Source: Phoronis australis
Taxonomy: Eukaryota > Animalia > Phoronida
NCBI GenBank assembly: GCA_002633005.1
Contig: NMRA01000273.1
Coordinates: 253,555-317,554 of the forward strand
DNA: 64,000 bases
Direction of reading: 5' to 3'
Below the pieces are notes generated by a model, which had not been told where the DNA came from, did no database searches, and saw only the letters and a list, made by a program, of their open reading frames with translations. Made by a program: the position numbers and the translations under genes. Shown here in pieces: positions 12,101-23,800 of this stretch (its first letter is position 1; every line of letters begins with the position of its first letter).

Positions 12101-13690
12101 ATGGGCAATACAATTGCACGAACTCATGGTTAGGGCAACCACAATTTCCAGTTTTTCTTGATGCATAAGGTATCAAACAAATGACAACAAAATACAATAC
12201 TTGCAATTTTACTTTCCTATTTTGCACTTTCACCACTTCAGGCGCTGTAGGTCACCACTTCAGGCACTCCACTTAGTCAAATTTCGAATTGTGTCGGTTG
12301 ACCTACTGTATGTCAGTCAACATCCCAGCCCCATAGATGGCAATAAAACTTAGCAATAACAAAAAACTGGACTTGCAATTCTTCCCCAAATCTGTGACAG
12401 TTTTAATTCCCATAAATATTTGTTTGGAGAAGCTATGCATAAGAACACGGAGATATATATGGATCTTACATGTGTGCAGAGACGACAAGGAAGTGGAATC
12501 ACCGATATGATGATAAACTGGCAATCCCATTGCCTAAACCCACAACTGACCTTTGACACCTCCGCTTCATAGCTCTGTTTGACGTGCAACAGCTGCCCAT
12601 CCAAACACGAGATTTGTGTTTCCTTATTCTGAAGTTCATGCTGTAGTTTCTCCTGACGCGAGGCTAGACGGTCACATGACTCCACCAGAGACTGGTTTTC
12701 CCTCTTTAGCGACACCTGCTGGGTCTTCTCCTCTTCAGTCTTACGCTTCTGGTTTGCTAGTGCCTAACAAGGAAGTGATAAGTGTGCACGTCANTGTGCA
12801 ACACGGAGCGGTGTCTCATGTCCACGTAAAGAATGATAAACAGCAAAGCTATGAAGACCACTCGGCACTCACTATTTCAAACACTTCAAGAGTAGCCAAG
12901 ATTAATTGGCATCAGTCGACCTGGACACCAACCTTACAAATCAGGCAACATGAGCACTTGAAAACCACAGCACCAAAAGGAAAACAGCTGGAATTCTTAG
13001 AAATATGCTGCTAGTGAATCACTGATATGATGGTAAACTGGCAATCCCATTGCCTAAACCCACAACTGACCTTTGACACCTCCGCTTCATAGCTCTGTTT
13101 GACGTGCAACAGCTGCCCATCCAAACACGAGATTTGTGTTTCCTTATTCTGAAGTTCATGCTGTAGTTTCTCCTGACGCGAGGCTAGGCGGTCACATGAC
13201 TCCACCAGAGACTGGTTTTCCCTCTTTAGCGACACCTGCTGGGTCTTCTCCTCTTCAGTCTTACGCTTCTGGTTTGCTAGTGCCTAACAAGGAAGTGATA
13301 AGTGAGCATGTCAGCAACTTTAAACTAGAAACATCTCGGAAAAACCTCTATGCTCAGTTTTCAAGCTATAGACGATATACTTTAACTTAAATGTTCCAAC
13401 GAATATGGCACTTTTATGTACTCAATATCAGAACAACTGTCCAAAAATATTCCAAAAGAGAACAGATTCAAAACCACAATTTCCTCTGACATTGATGGAG
13501 AACAGGGGGATTTTCCATGCCCAAACTGGAATAAAAACGCTGAACTACTAACTTGTTCCAAGCTCTCAAACTGAAACTGTTTTTGCTGCCTCTCTTTCTT
13601 GAACTTTTCAAGTTGATTTTCGATCTCCCCAATTCTCTGAAGGGCCTTGGATGGCAGACCGTCCTTCCATTCATTGGCTACCCAACTCAT
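111..13690 (-). CDS. CENPF: Centromere protein F-like giant coiled-coil protein, 5' part (3' end lies beyond window start)
   Basis: N-terminus MSWVANEWKDGLPSKALQRIGEIENQLEKFKKERQQKQFQFESLEQALANQKRK...LKRENQSLVESCDRL...LQHELQNKETQI closely resembles the CENP-F N-terminal domain (human MSWALEEWKEGLPTRALQKIQELE..., recalled from memory). GT-AG exons read by hand: 13690-13553, 13283-13071 (second copy 12763-12551), 11624-11478, 11203-11081, 9809-9555, 9175-8966, 8591-8424, 7590-1594, 1207-641, 332-111. All introns are phase 0 and join into an open frame of about 2680 aa. Confidence 0.88.
1594..7590 (-). CDS. CENPF: Giant 5997-nt internal coding exon of the CENP-F-like gene (1999 aa coiled coil)
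   Basis: Lies within ORF 1504-7629. Acceptor ...ttgttcacag|GTC at 7590 and donor CAG|gtgagt at 1594. E/K/L/Q-rich heptad-like sequence. Confidence 0.92.
4495..6138 (-). repeat. In-frame tandem duplication of 822 bp (274 aa) inside the giant exon
   Basis: ERELEERQQRIE...QLKLESSQAEAASIQK.FDDLSFEFEN.KEDMECLTEQME.EMSKS.NLSQQLEEKTNF...QMEQAKDQLE.NMALK.EEL.QV occurs twice. Copies are 5317-6138 and 4495-5316, offset 822. Confidence 0.93.
9176..9554 (-). repeat. Degenerate 42-bp tandem repeat (about 8-9 units) filling CENP-F intron 5
   Basis: Minus-strand units include ggacagtctgctactcagactaagcacgtgtgtcttcaagat / gaacaaacccttactcaaactaagcaagaacttgttcaaaat / aaacaatcatctactcagactttgcaggtgcatgttcaaatt. 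Unit lengths are 42,42,41,42,44,42,42,~45. Confidence 0.8.
10327..10914 (+). mobile_element. Non-autonomous Helentron/HINE-like interspersed repeat
   Basis: Starts aacaagagca... and has internal degenerate subrepeats (aattgccactagggg, gagatacagcc, caaatttca). Ends with hairpin atgcgcccacatataaatgtgtaggggcataaaaa. Same architecture as 35373-36996 and ~52620-53350. The class assignment is an inference from structure. Confidence 0.6.
11690..13305. repeat. Gap-flanking duplication containing CENP-F exon 2 (probable uncollapsed haplotypes)
   Basis: Sequence after the N at 12794 restarts the sequence at 11690. Copy A ~11690-12785 and copy B 12795-~13305 are near-identical except for a ~590-bp indel (~11905-12495). 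Confidence 0.85.
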
Positions 13691-14627
13691 GATGACGGGC
13701 AAAGCTTAATCAGTAAGCCTGAAAGTACATGGGTGAAACATGAACATCACAAAACACTTACCTGTAATCATGACTTTTGTGTTTTGTTTGCAAGTTGAAT
13801 TGTTCAGTCATAGACCAGGACTTTTCTGAGCTTTACAAACACATGACTTCATACAATTTGTAATGTGATGAAAAGCGTATCCTACTATCTGCCCGTTTTT
13901 ATCATTGCTTCGGTACACTAATATCGGATAAGCCGCTGTTATCAAACATAAACTAATGCCAAACACAAATCGCGTAGATGAATATGTGTGACTCTTTCTA
14001 CCACAGGGTGGAAACCATAGAGAGAAGTAGCAAGATTGCAGCCACTGTTGTCACTGCTGTCATATACAAAGGCAAACACCGACTAATCAATGTCAGTGTC
14101 TGTTTATGACGTCAGATGGTGCAAGCCTACTAGGTGGTTTGCTGGTGAGCCGCGTTGGTCTGAGAAAGTTTGACTACAGTGATATGTAATTTTCCAAATC
14201 ATAATTTAAGGTTGTTTTATCCTTGTTCCTATCCCTAATGGTACTAATCATCTTCAAAAAATAAACATGTTTGGAAACAGCATGCATAAAAGGTTCTAGA
14301 AATGGTCGTAAAAGAAACAGTGCTTGATGCTTGGCACAACATCAATTGGCAAACTGTGACCAGGTAAATTCTTAGATTGCCAAACAGGGATTGAAGTCAT
14401 CAAAACAAGGAAACCTCATAAGGAGGAATTGCAAAAGTTTGTGGTGTGACAATCCTGACAGCAGTTTTGGTGACCAGAGATTGTGTTTGGCGACCAGAGA
14501 TTTTTGTTAAGTTGCCAAATGCGACTTGGTGTTAAGCTAAGCATTGAACACTGCAACACATCAAAAAACAGACAATCGGCACCTTGTCTGTGCACGACTC
14601 ATAAGCAGACCCTTCCAATTTTTGTTG

Positions 14628-15197
14628 AGTGACCACCGTATCTAGTTGGCCAGTAGAGACAGGAGCTTCATACGCCGGAAGCTTTTCGGCAAATTATGTA
14701 TGACACTGATTAAAACATCAAAGTCATGTTGTTTTAAGTACTTTTTGCATATGACACAAATAGATACCTTACGAGGTCGCCTATGTCATTAATTATTTTC
14801 AACTCGAATAAATACTCCCGTTATCAAACTTTTTCTTAGAGCAGTCCCTCGTTCAGTTCCCAAAAAACGGAAACGAGCCATTTTTACAAAGCGCACGCCA
14901 GGCAGCCAGAGGATATCATATGACGTCATACCACCTGCCATGCGCAGCTTGTTAAAAATAGCTAGTTGCCGATTTGCGGGAACTGAACGAAGAACTGCTC
15001 GAATAAAAAGTTTGATAACAGGACTATTTCTTAGAGTTGGAAGGAATTAAAGACATCGACGGCCTGTTAGGTGTCCGTCTTGATAACCTGACTTTAATTT
15101 TTTAATCTGCGTGAGGCATAATCATTGAAAAGCTTTCGGCATATGAAGCGCCTACAGAAGCTTCACCATCTGTACTTCACTAGAAACAGTGGTCACT
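14628..15197. mobile_element. Long palindromic (fold-back) MITE-like element
   Basis: The arms pair along their whole length: agtgaccaccgtatctagt/actagaaacagtggtcact; gcttcatacgccggaagcttttc/gaaaagctttcggcatatgaagc; gttatcaaactttttcttagagcagtccctcgttcagttccc/gggaactgaacgaagaactgctcgaataaaaagtttgataac. Confidence 0.75.
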
Positions 15198-15695
15198 GTC
15201 TAGTTGATAATGTCAGCAAATGAGTATTGGCATCGGTGAGCCATGTCTACTCTCTATACAGACACTACGATTTCCCTCCTCTCAACCAAAAACCCACTTT
15301 TCAGACAAAAGCCAGGAAGCCACAGTGAGTAACAGATATCTGTCCCCTCTACCGGCTCTACACTCTACTTCTCCTTGCCCTTAGGCTTAGAGTTAGACCT
15401 TGACCCGTCTGTGATCACTCACTGGCACCATAGATACTCGTAGTCTATACTGGTACTGCACTGAGCGAGGTCAGCGAGGACCCTGACCAATGATAAAAAA
15501 GAATCAAGAATCTTTACTTAACGTCGTTCGGAGAACAGATTAACATTAGCCTGCTAGTTCTAGCCAGTTGGGCTATTTCTACGACATTAATAAAATGTGA
15601 AAGTTGTGCTTTAATTAATAAACCCTATTACAAATTCAACAGTTGTCCATGACTAGAAGCTTTTTCACTGAAATGCAACGATAAATAACGCGAAT

Positions 15696-15810
15696 ACTTA
15701 CATTATGACATACATAAATTTGAAGTTTGACAAAACGAGTGCACTACACTCTGGAGCATTTAAACTTTACCACTAAAACGGCCTGTGATAATCCTGTGTT
15801 GTGATTGGTC
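15696..15810 (-). promoter_or_regulatory. Candidate CENP-F promoter and non-coding first exon (CCAAT box plus CHR-like hexamers)
   Basis: Consensus donor |gtaagt at 15701-15696 could feed the acceptor at 13718 just upstream of the ATG. CCAAT on the minus strand at 15804-15808; TTTAAA at 15759-15764; TTTGAA at 15719-15724. These are short motifs in AT-rich DNA, so support is weak. Confidence 0.3.
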
Positions 15811-16827
15811 AATACGATGATTTCTAGAATCACAAACTCAGAAGCAAGTTTAAACTCAATTTTAAGCTAGACTGTGACTACAATGCACCATAATTTCGTA
15901 ATATCAATACTTATTTCTTAATTAATATTTAATTACTGACAAATTAAGGCTGAAATATCATTATTATAATATAATTTTATGAAATGTGTTAATGTTATTA
16001 CTTGCATATTGTAAGAACCCTTTTAAAAATAACCAATAGATGTCCCTGTAAAGGTGAAGGTCGCCAAACCAAAACAAAAATTTGATCGGAGTTCAAGAAA
16101 TTTTACGTCCGTATGTGCACACATCATTGAGAAAATGTACCGGTGGTAGGAAATTCAAAAATTTTGTAAAATGATATTGTCGAGTTACTAAGTAGCAGGA
16201 TTTCTAGAATATTGCAGGTTTTCTAGACATGTCCAAGCCAACCAGCTAGCTGCATAATAAAGACTATCGTCAATTGACTCAATATCATATTAACATGATA
16301 AAATGACATGTTACATGTATCAGACAGTAACCACTGTCTCTAGGTGACTAGAGAAGGTGTAGCTCCAAAGTCCAGGATTTGCATCATAAGTACATCACTA
16401 TCAACACCAGATTGTGAGGTAGGCCTCTTATGGGGCTTTNTATGCAAGCATAGAGGCTGCTTCAACAGCAACATTCGAAATACACACTTGGCCTGCGGTA
16501 GCCCGGGGCCACTAGTGGATTTGCAGCGAGGCCAGTAAACTTTCACATATAGCCCTATATGGATGTGGTCTCATATTCAATTAACTGGCTCGGTGGGTCA
16601 GCATATTTATTTGCTGAAGCTCAAACACTGCTTGACATTCCTCAATTACAGATTTGTAAAAGTGACTGAGTTAGGGAGTCGATCGGACCTCCTGAAACCC
16701 CATCCCTGGATCTTCTCTTGATAAACTTCATTCTTCCACTATAGTGTCTTAAAGTGAAAAGTTTTTGAAAAGTATTTATTGTCATTGTGTTCTTTATTTT
16801 CTTAGAACTCCTGAAGTACAAAAAGTA

Positions 16828-17301
16828 ATGACGGAAGAGTCAGAAGGAGTCTCCAGTAAGACTGTCTTTTGGCAGAAGCAAGTTGAACAGCATCAAGAAA
16901 AACAGCTGATCAACCCTTTCTCGGGTTGGGAAGGTGCTTCCCACAGGCAGGTGTTAACTAAAGATGACCCGCATTATGGACGGCCTGTGGAAGGTTCTAA
17001 GACAGAATTCAGAGGTCACAAGGCTGGTGAGCTTGTGAGTTCTGAAATCCTGAAACTGTGTGAAGTGATATCTGAGCGAGGAAAACTTCATGATAACGGA
17101 TACATTGGTATCACCTTTGGCAGGTTATTTAATGTCTATACCACAATTTCAAATAAGCTTGTTGGAATGCTTGTGAGAGCCAGAAAGCAGAATCTGGTTG
17201 CATTTGAGGGCGAGATGCTTTGGCAAAGAAGGGATGACGATGTTATGATATGGCTGTTACAACCATATGAATCAATAGTGGCTGGTAACGGCCAGAGTTG
17301 A
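16828..17301 (+). CDS. ABRA: Actin-binding Rho-activating protein-like (ABRA/STARS, Costars domain), 157 aa, single coding exon
   Basis: Family motifs QLINPFS, YGRPVEGSKTEFRG, ITFGRLFNVYTTISNKLVGMLVRARKQNLVAFEGEMLWQRRDDDVMI. Acceptor ttttcttag at 16805 precedes the ATG at 16828; stop at 17299-17301. Confidence 0.9.
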   Translation: MTEESEGVSSKTVFWQKQVEQHQEKQLINPFSGWEGASHRQVLTKDDPHYGRPVEGSKTEFRGHKAGELVSSEILKLCEVISERGKLHDNGYIGITFGRLFNVYTTISNKLVGMLVRARKQNLVAFEGEMLWQRRDDDVMIWLLQPYESIVAGNGQS

Positions 17302-17387
17302 TGATGCTTTATGTTTGTGATTTGGTGATCAATGCTTGTATCATCCATTAATCAGTAATGAATGTCACTGCTACTGTGGGGAACCGG

Positions 17388-17637
17388 GGGCCTGTTTCAC
17401 GTAAAGTAACTTTACGCCGAGGTCGGAAATTTTGTTTTGCGCTCTCATTTAATTATTGCAGTACTGAGTAAACGTTTTGCTAGTAAAAAGAACACAGTTC
17501 ATCAATAATTTATCGAAATTATCCAAATAATTTAAGATTTTGGATATGTCAGACAATTTGTGTCCAGCACAAGACAAAATTTTTGACTGACAAAATTTTT
17601 GATGTAAGCTTTTAGTAATGTTTCATGAAACTGGCCC
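17388..17637. mobile_element. MITE with GGGCC.GTTTCA terminal inverted repeats (PIF/Harbinger-like) in the presumptive ABRA 3' UTR
   Basis: Left gggcctgtttcacg, right catgaaactggccc. Internal arms gtcggaaattttgttttgcgct / agcacaagacaaaatttttgac. Confidence 0.65.
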
Positions 17638-18755
17638 TGTGTTATGTTACGGTAAACATTCTTCCATTTCATACAAAAACTATTACTAAAGTTGCCTCAT
17701 TTCTATTTTTCAGGGGCTTATCACATTTTTACAAATGCTCAAAAAGTTGTTGGTAATAGCTATACCATATAAACCATGCTAAAAGCAAAGTAAATTATCC
17801 TGAAAAGTTATTTTTGTTAAGAAATTTATCAAAAAGAAATTTCATCTCCGCCATACTGTGTCTCAAACTGAAGATTGTTTGCCATAAACTATTGATTTTA
17901 TAATCTTGTGTTATGTTTTTATGCTCTAATCTGTGAAACACATTGCCATATTTGGAAATTTTCCTAAAGTAACTTCATGTACTTAATTACTGAAATTTTA
18001 GTCACAAGTCTTCTTTGCACTGAAGAGTCAGTATGTTTTGTAATACAAGAATTAGGCAAAGAAATTACCCCAGGTTAGTTTGAAATTGCTGTTTGAACTT
18101 TGCGATGTTCATGGTTTTGCTGTGATTTTGTGCCAAAGATGTTGTGCAATTCTGCTAGAACTGTGATGTTTTCATTTCCTTTTGAATGCAATAACAACAT
18201 TTCAGACTATAATTATGATCATTGTATTTGTTTGTATAACTGCCATTTTTGTATCACATCAGCCATATCAACAATAGTAACAACAGACTGCTGGACTGCC
18301 ATGTGAAATATACAACTCACACTCTATGATTTTGTGGGCCTGGAACACACCACAACCATATATATTTAATTGGTAATTTTTTCACAGTTATTGCAGCCCC
18401 AACACATATTACCAAATCATTGGTGAATAAGAAACAGCAGAGATCTAACACACACACTAATAACTCCACTGTCCATACATGATTTTAAAGCCTTTTCCAA
18501 GTCATTCATAAACATGACGAATAGATGAAGTTACATAGCTTATAGTATATCTTGAGAGACAAAGACAGTTAGTAAACAATAGCAACACATCATACAAGCT
18601 GATGATTCGTCTATTATCTGAATACACATAAATAACTAATATTATATCACACTTGTTTTTTTTTCTCTTGAATTGAGCCATTTTGACTGTGTCTGCTTTT
18701 GCATCGTCAAGTCATTTTGTTGAACTTGAACATGCTGTTGATTTATTCTGTTTAA

Positions 18756-20178
18756 GGTTATTTCAAACCTTATTTAGTGGCCTCTGTTCTAACTCGTATA
18801 TCAAAAAAACTAAGCTTTGTCAACTAGTAAAAGTATATATTTTCTGAAAGAGCAAAGATCAGGAAATATAAATATACTTTTTGTATTTATTTGTCATTAT
18901 TATTTTTACGTAAAAACCTTTTTTAAGTAAAAATTCCATTTTTAAGAAAGGTACATTCATAGCAAAATAACCCCTCGGTCGATTTTAACGAAACCTTTTT
19001 TAAATGAAAACTTCATCAATTACCTCAAAAACGCTGTTAGGAATTTTCGATTAGTTTGTTTGTTTGGTTTCTATGACAAATAAACTCGCAAAACGTAAGG
19101 TATTTTTGTAAAAAATTGAAGTCGTATTCGTTTTTGCCACATTACACAAAAACTAAGCTTTTATATCAAAAATCCTAACAGCGTTTTTGAGATTGGTGAC
19201 TAAATATTAAGTCTGGAAAGTTTCAGCGAAATCCATCGAGCCATTTTCGAGAACTCGTGTTCCTAAGTTCAAATAAAGTCGATTTGCCGAAGCCGAGAAA
19301 AAGCCGATTAAACTGGGACACGTGAAAATCTCTAAGTCTTTGGTTAATTATTCTGTGAAAACTTGTTTTCGGTATACATAACCTATAGAATCCTTAACTA
19401 TGTCACCAATTTCAATGTTTTCTTGCAATGTTAACTAATTTTGCAGTGCGTAACTAACTTAAATATCATTAAAACCTCAAATAGACCTATCTTTCGCAGC
19501 CAACTTCTGCCATTTTGTACGACCTACTTTCTAAGTAGGTCACAGTTCATAGCCTGTACACGTCACGTGCTGGGAGACTGATACCAAACCAAGTAAGAAA
19601 TGGATAACAAAAATTGAATTGGTGGTTAAAGTAAGTCGTTAACATGAAATCGAAACATCGAAATGTTAACTTAATAATTGAATTAAGGAATAAGGGGGAG
19701 GATTTATCTCTTTTCACAACTTTCTGTGTTCATGACCAGACTGAGGCCTGAGGCAACTCGTAGCATTCGTTTTCAACGTCAACGGTCGTATGCATGTAGA
19801 CGCACAACTCCCTTAGGATCAAAACTACGTTTTGTCTTTGTTTTCCCCGGCACCATTCTATCATAACCACACCTCGTTGGTTCAATGTTATGGCGAATTT
19901 GTGAATGAAAGGACTGAGGGTATACCGAAGCTGTTCTGTACCTGGCGGGAGACTCAATTTACTTGAAAGCCCTTTAACCTTTGACATTGGATAAGTGGTA
20001 AACAAATATCCACGCGGTTGTGCGGTTCCAAGGTGGTTCTGCTAAATCTTTTTTTTCTCGCTACGCAGTATATATTTCGTATTTGAAGTTCCCCGAGAAT
20101 GAAGAAAAGGTATTTTGCTAGACACAAGTGAAATATTGTAAAAATGGCCCATTTTTGTGAATAAGGTTGGAAATATCC
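18756..20178. mobile_element. Non-autonomous DNA transposon with TTAA target duplication and GG...CC ends (Kolobok-like), 1423 bp
   Basis: Left TTAA|ggttatttcaaaccttatt (TTAA 18752-18755) and right aataaggttggaaatatcc|TTAA (20179-20182), a 21/23 inverted match. Internal inverted repeat ctcaaaaacgctgttagga / tcctaacagcgtttttgag. Confidence 0.7.
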
Positions 20179-20248
20179 TTAAAAAGTAACTTTAAGCACT
20201 ACATTGGAGGGTCAAAATAGATCAACATAGAAGTAAGATAAAATAAGA

Positions 20249-20501
20249 ATGAAGAGGTTTATTTAGCCAAACACCATAGTATAACCATTGAGAAACAAGT
20301 GCTAACTTTCCTTGTTTTGTGCCTTGATTTTTGCAAGGATCACAAACAAATTGAGAATATTTGGCACTTGCCAAGGATGAAGCGGTTTATTTAGCCAAAC
20401 ACCATAGTATAACCATTGAGAAACAAGTGTTAACTTTCCTTGTTTTGTGGCTTAATTTTTGCAAGGATCACAAACAAATTGAGAATATTTGGCACTTGCC
20501 A
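20249..20501. repeat. 128-bp tandem duplication downstream of the ATPase stop codon
   Basis: atgaag.ggtttatttagccaaacaccatagtataacc...gagaatatttggcacttgcca occurs at 20249 and 20377 with few mismatches and no N. Confidence 0.85.
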
Positions 20502-20860
20502 CTATGTCATTTCCTAAGCATCACTCAATAAAACTTTGACATGTTTCTATAGCAACTAGAAACAAAATATAACTTACACAATATCGTTATAAAACTAACC
20601 TTGTGTTGTGACTAACAAATATAATAAATACGAAACTGACGATATAACTCGTGTAAAGATTGAACATTCATGACTAGATGTACAAGTGTTCCAAAAACTG
20701 GAATTTTTATGTCACTTCAACTCGACAACTTTTATAAAGCTCGCCTTGTGTCTTGATTGTATATGTAAATGTATGCGTAGTGCGTGCATGTATATACATG
20801 TATAAATATATGCGTAGTGCGTGCATGTATATGCATGTATAAATGTAATTAGAGAGAACG

Positions 20861-23800
20861 TCATAACATGGTGGTTTCCTCAATTTTTGAGCTGTTCTCA
20901 TTACTCTTTCTACAGCCAACCTCAAAAGTGCCATAGCCACTGTTTGCACTGTCTTCACTGTTATCTTTTGATGGCTGCTTACCCTCGGCTTTACTGAGAC
21001 CTTCCTCATATGATTTTCCGGCAATAGGGTGGTCATAAGAAACCTGCCATTGGAAGGTATGCTTATCACCCTCTCTGGCTTTTTCTGGCATACGTACAAC
21101 AGGGAAGCAGTCCTTGTGATAGATGGACGGCCAGTTGCTGTTGGCAACCAGCTCCTTCTCAATCTCCTGGTATTTGAACTTCAGTCCCCTTCTTTTTCTA
21201 ATTGCAGGCATGATTTTCTTGAAAACTAATGTGTTCACTACGCGGTCCTGAAAAAAAAAGAAAATGATGATGAAACACAGTATTATATGACACAAACTTT
21301 ACTACGTTTATTATAGTGCGAGTCGATGGCGAGCTTATGGTCAGAGACGTGAAAACACGTATATTAGTTAAATTCCTATTATTAACATCCTGTGAATTGA
21401 AATTAAGCATAAAAAGAATGCATTCATTATCAAATTCTTTTGAAGCAGATGGTTGGTCTGAATCCTAGTAAATACTAACGTTAACTCTAGCCATTATTAC
21501 ACTGTAGCATAAACTACAACCCTACAGACAGTCACCATTTTAAAAAGGGCCTCTTTTTAGGTTTAATTACAATGCATTTGAGACATGAATATGACGAGTC
21601 ACGAGAAAAAAATCACGTTTAGGGATGTGATTAGACGCGGGATGCATGGTTTTTGAACCCTAAAAGGAGGCTCTTTGCAATATGGCAGCTGGGTGAATAA
21701 TAACTCTTTCCTTAGGTTTGTTTTCACAAGTTGAGGGAAAAATTAGCTTCATCAGTTGAATATCTCTGGATAGGAATATTTTTCACATTACAGCCCTGTG
21801 TGTATTTTTACTGTGTCTCATTTTCAAGTTTATAAAAAATGGAGTTCGGTGTCATTCAACTGTGGCAGCCATTTTTAGTGCACTGTCAGAAATTCAAAGA
21901 ATTTAACTTAAAAATTATATTATGATAATCTTGACACTTCTGAAATGTTGTTGAAAGAGCATCATTTGGGAAAATTAGACTGTGTAAATATTTGTTTAAT
22001 TAAATTTTATCAAGAAGAAGCTGAAAGCATATCTTTGAAGTCCAACTGGTATACCTTTTTGCATTTATGACAAAAACATTCAAGTTTCATTGGGAAAAGC
22101 GTGCTTTAATTTCTATCTTGTATTTTACACTCCATGTGCTGCCTTAGTCACCAAAAAGACAATAGCCTCACAGTCACTGGCCAATAAAGGATGTCATCAG
22201 AGACGACCCAACCACAATTTTAGAAGGAGAACTATATCCCCAGTCCCTAAATACTGCATGCCAACAATTTTTCTATAGTGTCCAAAAAGGGGACCAAGCC
22301 ACCTGCCTCCCGTCCATATTACCTTGCACTAAGCCAGTAATTGTCATGAATAGAGAGTTACAGTAGGCAACACACACACTGAACTCCACTATTTTTACAC
22401 TTTTCTCCAATGAGGAGCTCCTTCTAGATGGCCTTACACAAAGTTACTGACATCAAGGTTGGGTATTTGTGATAAAATGTTTGTGTTTGATTTCATGAAA
22501 TCAACAGTTATCCTTTAGTATTGCCATATGATTTGATAAAAATACAATACAAAGGATCACAACTGAATTGACTTACCTCCCATAAAAGACAAACTAAGAA
22601 GTCAGCGAACATAATACCAAGCATTATAAGAGTAAACTTCAAGTCAAAATAGATGACCTGAAAAGAAACAAAACCGAACAGCATTAATTTTAAAAAAACT
22701 TTTAGAAACACACAGAACATTCTCGTGAAATGTTGGCAGTGATATTTTAAAAGTAACTTTAAGATTTTATTTCAAATATATTCATCTCGTACACAAAAGA
22801 TGCTCACCTACTGGGACTAGGCAAAGCACCTGAAGACTTTGTATCAAAACAACCACCAAATGGTTAAGGAAACAAGTAAATGGTAATAACGGAAGTAAAT
22901 TTTTAATATCGAACCACTAGAATTCTTCCTTTCTGTCATTTGATTAGCTAAATAAGTTTTCTGTTACTAGGCTATTTGATTCTGGTATGCAGCGGCATTT
23001 GAAATTGATCACTAGTAAAAAACTGCACACCTGCATGATTTTTTTTTGACAAAAAGTGATATTTTTCCAAAAGCCTCAAAATTGCACTCGCATTAGTTTT
23101 TAACTCAGTGACTTCTGAACTCTTCTTCTTATAATCATTGCTACAAATAGGTTTGAATTAGTGATGCTGCAAGATTTTACACTGGAATTGGGCAAAAAAA
23201 TAAATGTTTTTTGAAAACATAAACAAAAAATAGTGCATTACTGCCTCATTTTTCAAAATGGTCACTGACAAAAGTCATCTACCGGTATGCCTTTTTCCGG
23301 GCTTTTAATTCTGCAAACGTAATTTGACAAAATTTTCAAGATTGAACATTACTGCATCAAGGAAAGGTCAACTAAATATTGATAAAATCAAAGAAATCAA
23401 TGTTTGCAATAAATGTCATTCAGTAGCATTAAAAATACACCACACTTACGCAATGTGAATCAAATTACACCAATCACATGCCACCGCATTTTTGTGCAAA
23501 TTAAATAAAGTAGATATATTGTCGCAGCAGAAGTCTGCGCTCATCATACGAGCTTCGAGCTACGCACCCCAAAGAATTTGGCCAGTGGCGGAGGAGCCCC
23601 TATCATCAACCACAACATGGCGCCTGTCAACAACGACAGATAGAGGATGTAAAGCTCTGGAAAAGAGACACCTAAATTAGTTCACTGGAATACGTGATCC
23701 AATTTTAACCAAAATGTTCAGTTCACAAGTTGGAAACTAAGAAGTTAATGGATACTGAAAACTTAACATTGTGTTTACTGAAAGCCTGTCCAGATTGCAA

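Noticed and set aside
16430-16450. N at 16440 (and at 63018) as further haplotype duplications
   Set aside because: No flanking duplicated sequence was recognised at these two gaps.
16553-16562. CArG-like box ccctatatgg upstream of the ABRA coding exon
   Set aside because: It has a mismatch to CC(A/T)6GG and is expected by chance.
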